Of a stretch of 64,000 nt of DNA, positions 31,030 through 42,898 are shown in pieces. Below the pieces are notes generated by a model, which saw nothing but the letters and a program-made list of their open reading frames with translations, made no database searches and was not told where the DNA came from. The position numbers were made by a program, and so were the translations under genes. Origin of the DNA: Octopus sinensis (Eukaryota); the NCBI RefSeq assembly GCF_006345805.1, contig NC_043012.1, positions 33,356,001 to 33,420,000 of the forward strand, in the 5' to 3' direction. Each line of letters begins with the position of its first letter. The stretch's first letter is position 1.

Positions 31030-31572
31030 ACTCTTCATTCAGAATTCGAGAAATCTGTGGAGGCTTCGTGCAATTTCCAAGCAACAGTTTTGAAGATGCC
31101 CTGTCTTTGCATTTCTCTCAATCCAGCTGGTCATCCTGGTCCCCAACAACATGTCCAACACTCACCTTTTTCAATGACCAGAGTCTTTTTATCTTTCACT
31201 TCAAATCATATTATCTGGACTGTTTCTCTTCTTCTCTTTCCGGTACCCAATCATCAACAGGGCAGGCAATATCTATGGTTAATTAAACAGATTTTTTCTC
31301 TTTATTCACAACCACTATAACCGGCTTTCGACGTTCAATTTCATGATTACCTTGCATTATTACATCCCACAGTATCATTGCCTTGTCATTATCGATTACG
31401 CTTTCTGTTGTGTTTACTCATACCACGGCTTTGTTCCATCCAAACCATACTTAACTACACATCTCTGAATGAATCATTCTTGAGACATTATTCTCTTCTT
31501 TGTGGGCCAGCTTCGCGCACTCACTCACTCACAATATGCCAATCAAACCTTTATCAGCGCCCCTGTCACTTT
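31030..31572 (-). mobile_element. R4/Dong-type 3' fragment (end of CCHC motif plus RLE)
   Basis: Minus-strand HIVSE...KPWYE...DNDKAMILWDV...RKPVIVVVNKEK...DIACPVD...LWSLKKV; related to 15531-16029. Confidence 0.8.
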
Positions 31573-31576
31573 CTGT

Positions 31577-32012
31577 TGTACCACAACCATATGTGCGCGA
31601 CATGGTGATCTTATATCAAGATAAACAACACATGACTTTGCAGGTGGGGCCCAGTTAGAATTTTCTTCAGGTTGGGTAACCCATCCCGCTCAAAACGTCC
31701 CTGAATAAGGGTTATTTAAGGATGTTGAACGAAACACCCATGTTTCCAGAGGTGAAATATTCAAACCCCAAAGAATCCCTTTCAACACATGGCTATGATG
31801 CTCCCCCACTACTTCTGCTCCTGATCAGAGATGCACATATTGTCAGCCACTAAGGGACATGCTCAACTGATTAAGATCAAACAGCTGACAAGCAAATCTG
31901 TGGTATTGAGCAGAATATTTGCTGTAGCCCATCTTTTATACCAAGACAAAACAATGTACATGATAACACTTCCAATCAGTTAAGATCAGAAGCCACGTGA
32001 GCCACTGCCTGC
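31577..32012 (-). mobile_element. ~550-bp element, 3'-truncated, fused directly to the Dong fragment
   Basis: Homologous to 27580-28010; terminal cagggcat reappears at 32099-32106 before the (TTA)n array. Confidence 0.85.
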
Positions 32013-32104
32013 TTTTATCCACTCTGAAAGGAAGACTGGCAGGAATTGAATACAAAATGTAAAGAATCGAAAAAAAAAAATGTATCTAAGCATTTTTTCA
32101 GGGC

Positions 32105-32145
<41 letters not shown>

Positions 32146-32190
32146 TATTATTATTATTATTATTATTATTTATTATTATTATTATTATTA

Positions 32191-32237
<47 letters not shown>

Positions 32238-32801
32238 TATTATTATTATTATTATTATTATTGTTATATTATTATTATTATTATTATTATTATTGTTATT
32301 ATTATTATTATTATTGTTATTATTATTATATTATTATTATATTATTATTATTATTATTATATTATTGTTATTATTATTATATTATTATTATTATCCAATA
32401 AATAAGCAATATCGAACCATTAGCTCAGAAGGAATTCTTTAGATTTTTATGTCTAGATATTAATAAACTATGAATGCATAATATACGATCAGACAATTTA
32501 ATCAGAGGTTATTTACCATAAGTTAATGATTATTGAACAAATAAACAATTATGCCATTAAATAATTAAATAAAGAAGTGTGTATAGATATCGATTTATCA
32601 ATAAATATGTATATGATAAAACAATCAGACCATTCTATGTGAATAATAAAGTGCGTTATTTTTTAGTGAAAATTATTGAACCTTTAAATCAGTAGAAACC
32701 TGATTTATATTTCTACCGTTTTGGTAATTTACATATTTGTCATATTTCGTTTTGGGATTTGGTTTGCAAGATTCTTTATATGAGTTCGTGTGTTGAAGCA
32801 T

Positions 32802-33033
32802 ATTCTGTTGTGTCTGGGGAGAGTCATTTTCTTTTTGTGCCTTATAATCTAACACACTCACCAGTAAAATTTTCACTTTTTTCTTATTTTTATTTTCCAA
32901 AAATTTTCGTTGTGTCTTGCAACCTTTTCAATAGAGTCAAAACTATTGAAAAGGTTGCAAGACACAACGAAAATTTTAGGAAAATAAAAATAAGGCCCAA
33001 AAAGAAAATGATTCTCCCCAGACACAACAGAAC
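32802..33033. repeat. Near-perfect long palindrome (fold-back)
   Basis: Inner arms 32883-32934 / 32943-32994 (52 bp, 1 mismatch, 8-nt loop); outer arms 32802-32845 / 32990-33033. Confidence 0.93.
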
Positions 33034-33330
33034 ATATTTGTCAGTTTTCTTCTCAATAACTGATGAGAGAGTAGTTTGTCACGACTCTTTCCTTTTTGCT
33101 TTCCTCTCCATCGTCTCAGAGAGTGAGCGAGGTTGGATAACAGAAAAAAGAAGTAGGTGTGTGAAAGTGGGAGCAGGATACAGTTTGAGAGAAAGAAAAA
33201 GGGAATTGATGAGTACTCTATCATATTCTTTTAATATTTTCTATTCAACTAATGGCGATGTTTCGTTTTGACTTGCACAAATGTCATTTGATCCAAGCTG
33301 GTTGTTCGTTAATTACCGTAAACTTTATTT

Positions 33331-33443
33331 ATTTATTTACATTTGTTTTCATGACCTGTGGAAGGCGACATTTGCTTTGATGTGAGAGCAGAAAATGAAA
33401 AACAGGAGAAAATGAAAGGAAATGGACGTGTGTGTGTATGTGT

Positions 33444-33494
<51 letters not shown>

Positions 33495-34041
33495 TGAGTG
33501 AAGGTGTGTCATGTATTTTTTGTATGTATGTGTAAGTGGCACTCACTCTCTTTCTCTCTCACACTCACATTATCTTATACACGTACATACATAAATACAT
33601 ATGTATACATCTCTTTGTGCGCGCGCCCGTGTGTGTGAGAGAAAAAGTGAATGAAGGTGTGTGTTCTCATGTATGTACAAGTGGCCCTCGCTCACTCTTT
33701 CTCTCTCTCTCTCTCTCTCTCTCAGACACACACATACATACAAAAAAGATGCATGCAACTCGCAAACACACATGTGTATTGTTTTGTATTTATGTCTAAG
33801 TGGCACTCACTCGTTCTCTCTTTCTCTCTTTCTCACACACGAGCACCTATACATACATACATACATACATACATACAGACATACATACAAAAAGACGTAT
33901 ACATCTCTCACTCTCTCTCACGTACACACACATCCATTTCATATACACATGCATGCATCTTTCACTTTCTCTTTCACTTTCTGCTCTCACTTCAAAGAAA
34001 ATGTCACCTTCCACAGGTCATGAAAGCAGAAGTAAATAAAT
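33331..34041. mobile_element. MITE-like element with ~85-bp imperfect TIRs and microsatellite-filled interior
   Basis: atttatttacatttgttttcatgacctgtggaaggcgacatt... versus ...atgtcaccttccacaggtcatgaaagcagaagtaaataaat. Confidence 0.75.
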
Positions 34042-34064
34042 ATTTCACTGGAAAAGGGCGAATA

Positions 34065-34880
34065 CGCTGCAGTTAATGTGGAGAATAACTCTCTCTTGTG
34101 GTAAAAATAAGTGTGAAAACACTCGGTTCGTTCAGTGTCGCCATCTATTAGGAATCCCAGACATCGCAGTTTCAAGTTAATTGGCCTTCGTAAATGAGAT
34201 GTGCCTAAGGGAAGCAACTCTGAACGAACTTATAAAGCCGTAGCTTTATGTAAATAATTCAGTCAACACGTTGACTGATTTGCGTTAGTAGATCGCCCGA
34301 CCGAGGTGAATATGAAGTGTCAGCACTAAGCAGTAACTATGAGCAGAATTAGGTAAGTTCAAATATGTTTGTTACATATTTAAGCTGCTAAAAGGCAAAT
34401 ATATTGTTGTTAACGCAGCGAATAAATCTCTCTTATGGTAAAAAAAAAAAGGTGTGAAAGCACCTGGTTCGTTCAGTGTCGCCATCTATTAGGAATCCCA
34501 GACATCGATGTTTCAAGTTACTTGGCTCTCGTCAGTGAGGTGTATTTAAGAGAAGCAACTCTGAACAAACTTAGGTGCATCTCATCGACGAGAGCCAAGT
34601 AGCTTGAAACATCGATGTCTGGGATTCATCATCATCATCATCATTGTTCGACCGTGGTCGAGACAATGGAATTTACCATGCTACGCCAGACTTCACGGTT
34701 CATCATAGCATTACGGAGGTCCTGTTGCTGGATGCCTGTATCCCTGGAGATTACATCAGGGTAGGAGAGTGTGGGATTCATAATAGATGGCGACACCGAA
34801 CGAACCGGGTGTTTTCGCACCTTTTTACCACAAGAGAGATTTATTCTCCGCGGTAACTGTCGTGTATTTGACTTACACAC
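34065..34880. repeat. Two direct and one inverted copy of a ~150-bp unit containing cgccatctattagg
   Basis: Copies at about 34085-34230 (+), 34420-34572 (+) and 34575-34855 (-, interrupted). Confidence 0.85.
34630..34771 (-). mobile_element. Extreme 3' end of an RTE-clade LINE with (TGA)n tail and 10-bp TSD
   Basis: LSYPDVISRDTGIQQQDLRNAMMNREVWRSMV; TSD tgggattcat at 34620-34629 and 34772-34781. Confidence 0.85.
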
Positions 34881-35619
34881 TGCTTAATACTCACATTTCG
34901 TTAAATAAATAAGAATTGTTTTACGGAAATTAACGAGCAGTCAGCTGGAAATCGAATAACATTTGTGCAAATCAAAAACGAAACATCTCCCAACTAATAA
35001 CAATGTACATAAATATAAATGTCGAAGAGTATAATTTGTATGGACGTTTACTTACAGTTTCATGTTTCAAAAAGCTAAGCAACATTTCAATTTTCCTGAA
35101 AGTAGAACAATATGATATTTTGCTTTCATTATTAAAAGACCATTACATTCTGTAGTTGACTCACTTACAGTAGAGCTTTGTGTTCATTAGTATTGTATAC
35201 TTTCGTTGTAATTATTGCTATTTATAGTTATTTCACTGCTGGAAATAGAAATTATTATGGTTTCCTATTTCTATGATAGTTTCAAATGATTTTTATGGCA
35301 AACACTATTAAAGAGAATCAGACATACTAAAGTAGTGTTAAATGCACCGGATCCTTCTTACTAACTCGCATCACGGAAAATCTACATCCTTCGAGAATAA
35401 GAACTAAATTTTTAACAGTCGTAACAAAGAGACGACAGCATGTTTCTTGATAAAATGTTGTCCAACCAAAATAGTTTCACTAATATTATATCACAGACAC
35501 AGAGACATACAGACACACGGACACACACGTATATATGTGTGTGTATGTGTTAATTTATATCTGTGAGTATATATATATGTGTATGGTTAGTATGGACAGA
35601 GCAGCGAGAAAGAAGCCAT

Positions 35620-36760
35620 TTCTTCGGCCAAACATCAACAAGCGGGGGGGGGGGCAAAGAGATGGAGAGGCCACTAGCATTTTGGGACATTTTCATACTC
35701 TTTGATGAGTCCAGTGTGGAGGTGCAATGGCCCAGTGGTTAGGGCAGCGGACTCGCGGTCATAGGATCGCGGTTTCGATTCCCAGACCGGGCGTTGTGAG
35801 TGTTTATTGAGCGAAAACACCTAAAAGCTCCACGAGGCTCCGGCAGGGATAGTGGTGATCCCTGCTGTACTCTTTCACTACAACTTTCTCTCACTCTTAC
35901 TTCCTGCTTCTGTTGTACCTGTATTTTAAGGGACCGGCCTTGTCACTCTCTGTGTCACGCTGAATATCCCCGAGAACTACGTTATGGGTGCACGTGTCTG
36001 TGGAGTGCTCAGCCACTTACACGTTAATTTCACGAGCAGGCTGTTCCGTTGATTCGGATCAAACGGAACCCTCATCGTCGTAACCGACGGAGTGCTTCCA
36101 AGATGAGTCCAGATTTGCTGTATTTCCTGACAGTGGTTGAGTGTGGGTCTGGAGACTCTATGAATTTGATGTGAAAAGATTGCAGCCAGCAAAGAAACAC
36201 GGTAGCTATTCTGTGATGGTCTGGGGAGCAATTTCGAGCAATGGTTGATCAGAACTGATGGATTGTGAGGGAAACATAAACTTAGATAAATATGTGTCCA
36301 TATTGTAGAAAGGACTCCTTCAAATCTTCTCCAGTGGTGAATGATTAAAGAAGACTCCTTATTTATGGAAGATGGGGCTCATTGTCACACGTCTCAAATG
36401 ACCTAAGATTTGTTGGATGAGAATGGCATTAAAAAGTTTCCCTGGCCAAGCCAGTCTCCAGATATGAACCGTATTGAACATTTCTGGGGCATAATGGACT
36501 GGACATTCCGTAAATAGAACAAGAAAGCATCTTCAAAGCCAGATCTTTTGAGATTACTGCAGGAAACTTGGCAAGAAATTCCGCTAGAGAATATTCATTA
36601 TCTGATCAGTAACATACCTAATAGGGTCCTTGCATATACAAATGCAATGGGATTGTCTACTAAATATCAGATATTCACATTATGACAATTAATAAAATTT
36701 GAATGTATAATTTCAGATTGAAATAAATTTTCATGTTTCTAAGGGTGTCTATTTACTTTT
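35620..36760 (+). pseudogene. Tc1-family DD34E transposase remnant interrupted by an S2 SINE
   Basis: RKKPFL...FDESRFAVF...VMVWGAIS...FMEDGAHCHT...WPSQSPDMNRIEHFW. Confidence 0.9.
35715..36101 (+). mobile_element. S2 SINE, full length, with 11-bp TSD inside the Tc1 transposase
   Basis: TSD gatgagtccag at 35704-35714 and 36102-36112. Confidence 0.93.
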
Positions 36761-36766
36761 ATATAT

Positions 36767-36822
<56 letters not shown>

Positions 36823-38173
36823 TAAACAGTAAAAATAATTACAGACATGGACAAGAACATGAAACACCACAGAGACGACACAAGAACCACAGGACGGGAC
36901 ATTCGAAGCCCTCAGTCATCAGTCAAGAACCAGATCATCTTAGCATTTCGGCTGATTAATCTTGAGATTGCTCCGATATGGCCAGCCCGCCAAGGGAAAT
37001 CTAAGCCAAGCGCATTAGATCCCCTGGAAGAAAGCTTCGAATGTATACAACACGAGGACGGAAAACGAACGAAGTACACGAACAAAAATACAGAATACGT
37101 GACACCAATAAGAATACAAAAACGTAAAAACAATAACGGTAAAAATAAAAAATAAACAACAAAACAAAACCAGGACGTAGGACAAGGGTCTTTCGACAGG
37201 ACGAGTTGAGTATGGGGCTGGCTTGTGAAGTTGTGCCTAATGGCCGCAGGGAGACGAACAAATACGTGTTGCTTCTGCGACTGCTGAAACGAAAAGAGCG
37301 CTCAACAGCGGCTAGCGGTCACGTGAGAACAAAAGACAGGAGAAAGGGACAGATGAAAAGAGAGAGAAGGTGGACGAGGGAATGGGATAGTCACATGGCA
37401 GAAACACCCTCACCTCTCCACCTCCGCTGAAAAATATTCACAAAAATATTATCGATAACTTAAATAGCAAATTTAGGTCTTAAAAATATTAAAACATTAA
37501 TTTTAATTTTATTTTGTATTAGCAGCAGAGGTCTGCTGTACTTTTTATTGTTTATTTTCGTAGTTGTTATTGTTGTTGTTGTTGTTGTTGTTGTTATAAT
37601 CATTATCGTTGTTATCGTTACAATTGTTATTAATTATTGTTATTATTTATTATTTATTGTTGTTTAGTTATTTTTGTTATAGTTATTGTTGTTGTTGGTG
37701 TAATTGTTTTTGTTGTTTTTATAGTTGCTTTTAAAGTTACTCGTTTCAATTATGTGATTGCTGGTGTTCTTGTTGTTAGTCTTGTTGTTGCATTTGTTGT
37801 TGTTCCTGCCATTTTTAATATTGTTTCTGTTATTGCTGCAGCTGCTGTTGTTGCTGTTGTTGTTTTTGCTGCTGCTGCTGCTGTTTTTGTTGCTCTGTTG
37901 TTAGTGTTATTGTTGCTTTCGTTTGTATTTCGTTTGTATTAAGTATTTACCACACACACACACACACCACACACACACACGAACGTAAACACACATGCAC
38001 ACACACACACACACACACGAACGTAAATACACACACTCTCACACACACACACGCACACATACACACACATATACGAACGCAAACACACACACACACACAC
38101 ACACACACCACACATACGAACGCAAACACACACACACACATACACACACACACATACACACACATATACGAAC

Positions 38174-38222
<49 letters not shown>

Positions 38223-38441
38223 TACGAACACAAACACACACACACACACACACGCCCGCGCAGATATACACACAAACGTGTGATGTATTTGAAGAGACAA
38301 CAGTTCTAAATAACAAAACCTCTTCATGTTTTCTGGCAAAACAGAAAAAAAGACTGAAATTCTATGAACAAATCGAATTATAAAGGACGCACGCCCTCAC
38401 ATACACACACACATATGCACACACACATATGCACACATATA

Positions 38442-38479
<38 letters not shown>

Positions 38480-39196
38480 CACGCATATAAACATACACAC
38501 GCACATATCAAACACTCATATGCACACATCATACGCACACATGTACACACAGATGCTCATGCTTTCATATATGCATTTATACATTTATATATATACATCC
38601 GTACGTACGTAGGTACGCATACGTGTGCCTACATGTGTGTGTGTGTGTCTGTGTGTGTGTGCTTATATGTACATATAGATATAGTGACATACATACGTAT
38701 ACACACATACATTTTCACACACATACACACACACACACACATATGTATATATATATATGTAAGTAAATATATGCACCCACATAGATACAAAAATACAGAT
38801 GATAAATATATAAATATATTTTAACATAAAAGAGGCGGAGAATCATAAAAGAGCGTTAAGTGCACTATTAAAATCCATAACTTCCTCTAGTCTAGATTCG
38901 AATGTAGACGAGACCTGGTCATATGCTTTATCTCTTTGCGCGTTGTGATAACAGTTGTCTGTATAAAGCTATGTTCTTCTTTGTTTTGCAAGACTGTGGC
39001 TTTGCATAACTTGCGACATGTGCAAGTTATTCGTACAAAATATGCCATCTTTTTTTGGTTTTCATATGTTCAACTACATTTATTTATAAAGAAACAAGGT
39101 TTCTTGTAGATATGAAAACAAATCACAAAAAGAATCGGCGTTTAGGTTGCTGTAAATTCAAATAAATTAGGTTCTAAATACGCCAGTTTCTTTTCG

Positions 39197-39297
<101 letters not shown>

Positions 39298-39541
39298 TGT
39301 GTAAGATTATGGATCCTAATAGACTGCATTAGAATTACATTTCATATATAAATATATGTGTGTGTGTGGTGTGTGTGGTGTGTGTGTGTGGTGTGTATTA
39401 CGGAGATGTACTTGCACAGTAAATGACCTGATCTGAGATCGTGTGCTGAATCAAAAACAATTGCAGCGTGGAAAGTGTTTATAAGCTATTTAAAAGACAC
39501 ACACAAGAAACCGTTAAATTCACTTCAACATTTAAATTTCA

Positions 39542-39592
39542 TTTGTCAAAATATTTTCGTCGCTTTCAGACCGCGACCTATTCACTGACAAA
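39542..39592 (-). ncRNA. Hammerhead-topology motif with non-canonical core (G3...U8)
   Basis: UUUGUCA-GUGAAUA-G-GUCGC-GGUCUGAAA-GCGAC-GAAA-AUAUU-U-UGACAAA. 7-bp stem I, 5-bp stem II, palindrome AAUAUU; core deviates from CUGANGA. Confidence 0.5.
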
Positions 39593-39802
39593 ATTCCGTG
39601 CTGACTTTTATCAGATAGTCAGAATACATTAAAAAATGAAAGGTAATTTATTCATAAATTAATAATTATATGTATATATGTATACACTTATATTAAGGGA
39701 GCAAGGGCGAAAAAACCGACATTTCAAGCATTTTCAAGCATGCTGGAGATAGGTCATTTTTTTTCGCCATTGGTCCCTTAATATAATTATATACATACAT
39801 AA

Positions 39803-39897
<95 letters not shown>

Positions 39898-39899
39898 AT

Positions 39900-40156
39900 T
39901 AGCTCCAAGAGGCCACCGCCTCTAGCTAACTATATGACATACGAACCTGCGTCCATTACAACCTTCGAACAGGGGAGGTCAGCCGCTTCACCTTGCTAGT
40001 CAGACATCTGCAGACATGTTTCAGGGTTGTTGCCCTTTATCAATGCAGCGTAGTCAGAACCAGCAGGTGTCGCTACTGACCGTATGTTCGAAGGTTGTAA
40101 TGGACGCAGGTTCGTGTGTCATATAGCTAGCTAGAGGCGGTGGCCTCTTGGAGCTA
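39900..40156. mobile_element. 257-bp cassette with 72-bp inverted arms and a hammerhead in the spacer
   Basis: Arms 39900-39971 / 40085-40156, 2 mismatches; (TA)n nearby on both sides. Confidence 0.88.
40008..40048 (-). ncRNA. Type I hammerhead ribozyme, U3-A8 core variant
   Basis: CUGCA-UUGAUAA-AGGG-CAACAA-CCCU-GAAA-CAUGU-C-UGCAG. 5-bp stem I, 4-bp stem II, palindrome ACAUGU, GUC triplet. Confidence 0.75.
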
Positions 40157-41064
40157 TTCAGCGACAGCTTTAGTCTTATATTTAGACTGCCATATTAGTA
40201 TGGCGATAACTATATATATATATATATATACAAAGAAGCATTTGTTAAAGAACAAACATTAAATTTGGGTCAACGACTTTACATACAACACCGCCCCTCA
40301 AACATGTAATCACATATTTAAATCACCATGGTTCCCAAACACATAAAAAAATAATACATATACATAAAATCACAGAAGGTAAAAGTATATAATCGAATAA
40401 AATACAAATAGAACGGCCTATCAAAAATATAATATAAACGGCTAAAAATTCAAAAATTACCAAAAGACCTAATAGACAAATATAAAATAAGTAAAGGTAA
40501 AAATAAAATAAAATAAATGTCCACCGACTAAAAAAGTCTAATCAGACGATTAAAATATTTTTTTAAAAATTAAAAAATTTTTTTAATATTTCAAAAAAAT
40601 ATTTGAAAAAAGTCTTTTACTTACGTTCAAAGTTCATAAGTAAACAGACTTCCACAGGTAAGATTCACATACATCTTGAAAAATGTCTTTTACTCTCCAA
40701 ACACAAGTACGTCCAAAAGTTCATAAACATACTCCACAGGTCAAATTCAACATTCACATATATATACTGCCATTTCGGGAGCTCACCACCGCAGTTTATT
40801 TACCCTAATGTGTAACAGGGTGATGACACTCTCATCAAGATAAACAAGAAACAGGAGACACGCACAGTGATTCTTTATTACCCACGAGGGGCACACACAG
40901 AAAGGACAATACAATACATGTGGGGACATTAAAATGATAAAATTATGATAAACACGAATGAAAAATGAAATGATATATGGAAACGTGCAACTTACCCCAC
41001 CTCAGTAGCAGGGAGGAATCGATGCTAGATATGTCAAAACAATTGCCGTTAATAAAAATTCTCG

Positions 41065-41123
<59 letters not shown>

Positions 41124-41264
41124 GTAACTATTTTAGGTATATGTCTATTAGTATGTCGATTAAAGCTCACCGTTGGGGCTACCTGATGTCATCTCAGTAA
41201 CGATATAAGTTTCACTGGATCTACGTCAGGAAATCCGCAGTGTTTGTTAAGTTTATAGTTGATA

Positions 41265-41530
41265 AAGGAAACGGAAGATGGATTTTTAGTACAATTTAGT
41301 CCTTCATCTGTCCCATAGGATAGTGTGCATCTGGTTGCGTTGCATCAATCAGTGCGGTCTGTGTCACTTCAGGTGCTCGGTGGAGAAAAATATCTCACTA
41401 GATATACTGAGATCTTGGCATGTTGTTCTGGTTAGTTGTACGTTGGTATACTGACCCATGGGACAGATGCAGGATGTGTCGAAACGATCGTCGTGATGAG
41501 TAAAGATCCATCTTCCATGTCCTTCAACTA
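41265..41530. repeat. Element with imperfect ~65-80-bp inverted ends (tatagttga...tcaactata) and split hammerhead remnants; extra end copy at 41760-41805
   Basis: Shared ggaagatggat and catctgtcccat motifs in inverted orientation; (TA)n on the right flank. Confidence 0.65.
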
Positions 41531-41561
41531 TATATATATATATATAAAAAACAAACGATGG

Positions 41562-41618
<57 letters not shown>

Positions 41619-41640
41619 ATATGTACATATGAAAATATAT

Positions 41641-41732
<92 letters not shown>

Positions 41733-41802
41733 CATATACATACTCACACACACACATATATATAGTTGAAGGAAATGGAAGATGGATCTTCTCAGCACGA
41801 CG

Positions 41803-41874
<72 letters not shown>

Positions 41875-42349
41875 ATATATGCATCTATGTATATAATTGT
41901 GTGTGTAAGTGTGTGTGCATATGTATGTGTGTATGTGTATTGGAAAGAAAAACTATGAGTAGGTAGTTTGCCAGATGACAGAAGTTGTAGCTTTTACCAA
42001 AGACTTCGATTTACTGTAATGAAGGGTTAGGGAGATGGAGGGTAAGGGTTAGGGTCAGAGAGATAGAGGAAGACGGTTTTTGAAGAGGGATGAGTTCAAT
42101 TTTCATACTAGCGTAAAATTTCCCTTTTACTTACTCATTCGCTGCGACATAAGCACCAATCTCATTAATTTAGGGGCCAATATTCTGTTGACTGGGCAAT
42201 CCTTCTTTTATAAACAAAGGCCTCAACAATTTGTCAAATTATTTTATTTTCGTAATCATCATCATCATCATCATCATCATCGTCGTCGTCGTCGTCGTCA
42301 TCATTTTATTTTTGCAAATAGCAAATACTTATTTTCTTCCCAGATACAG

Positions 42350-42722
42350 GTACAGGAGTGGCTGTGTGGTAAGGAGTTTGCTTCCCAACCACGTGGTTTC
42401 GAAATCAGTCTCACTGCGCGGCACCTTGGTCTCGGGTTGACCAAAGCCTTGTGAGTGGATTTTGTAGACGAAAACTGAAAAAAACTCATCGCATATGTTT
42501 GTGTGTGTTTGTGTATGTATAAACACACCACCACTACTTGAAAACTAGTGGTGGTGTGTTTATGTCCCTTTAACTTAGCATGACGGCAAAAAATGGACCA
42601 ATAGATACGTAGCAGGCTCCCCCCAAAAAAAGTATTAGATTCGTTCGACTGAAATTCCTTAAGGCAGCACGGTCTGATGACTGAAACACGGTAGCAGTCT
42701 TAAAGACTGAAACAAATAAAAG
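42350..42722 (+). mobile_element. S1 SINE (diverged, full length)
   Basis: aggagtggctgtgtggtaag head; gatgactgaaac...aaataaaagatgag tail. Confidence 0.8.
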
Positions 42723-42738
42723 ATGAGAGATAAACATA

Positions 42739-42794
<56 letters not shown>

Positions 42795-42833
42795 TGTGTA
42801 TGTGCGTATACATGCGCGCACGTGCGTGTGTGC

Positions 42834-42898
<65 letters not shown>

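Noticed and set aside
33060-33095. CTGATGA followed by AGAGT/ACTCT stem, hammerhead-like
   Set aside because: No GAAA after the stem and no stem I or III.
36895-36985. Minus-strand CTGATGA and CCGAAA in a Penelope-like-looking repeat (36820-37430)
   Set aside because: The motifs are in the wrong order and spacing to form a hammerhead in this copy.
37940-38280. Regularly spaced tacgaacgcaaa motif, superficially CRISPR-like
   Set aside because: The spacers are (CA)n; it is a compound minisatellite in eukaryotic DNA with no cas genes.
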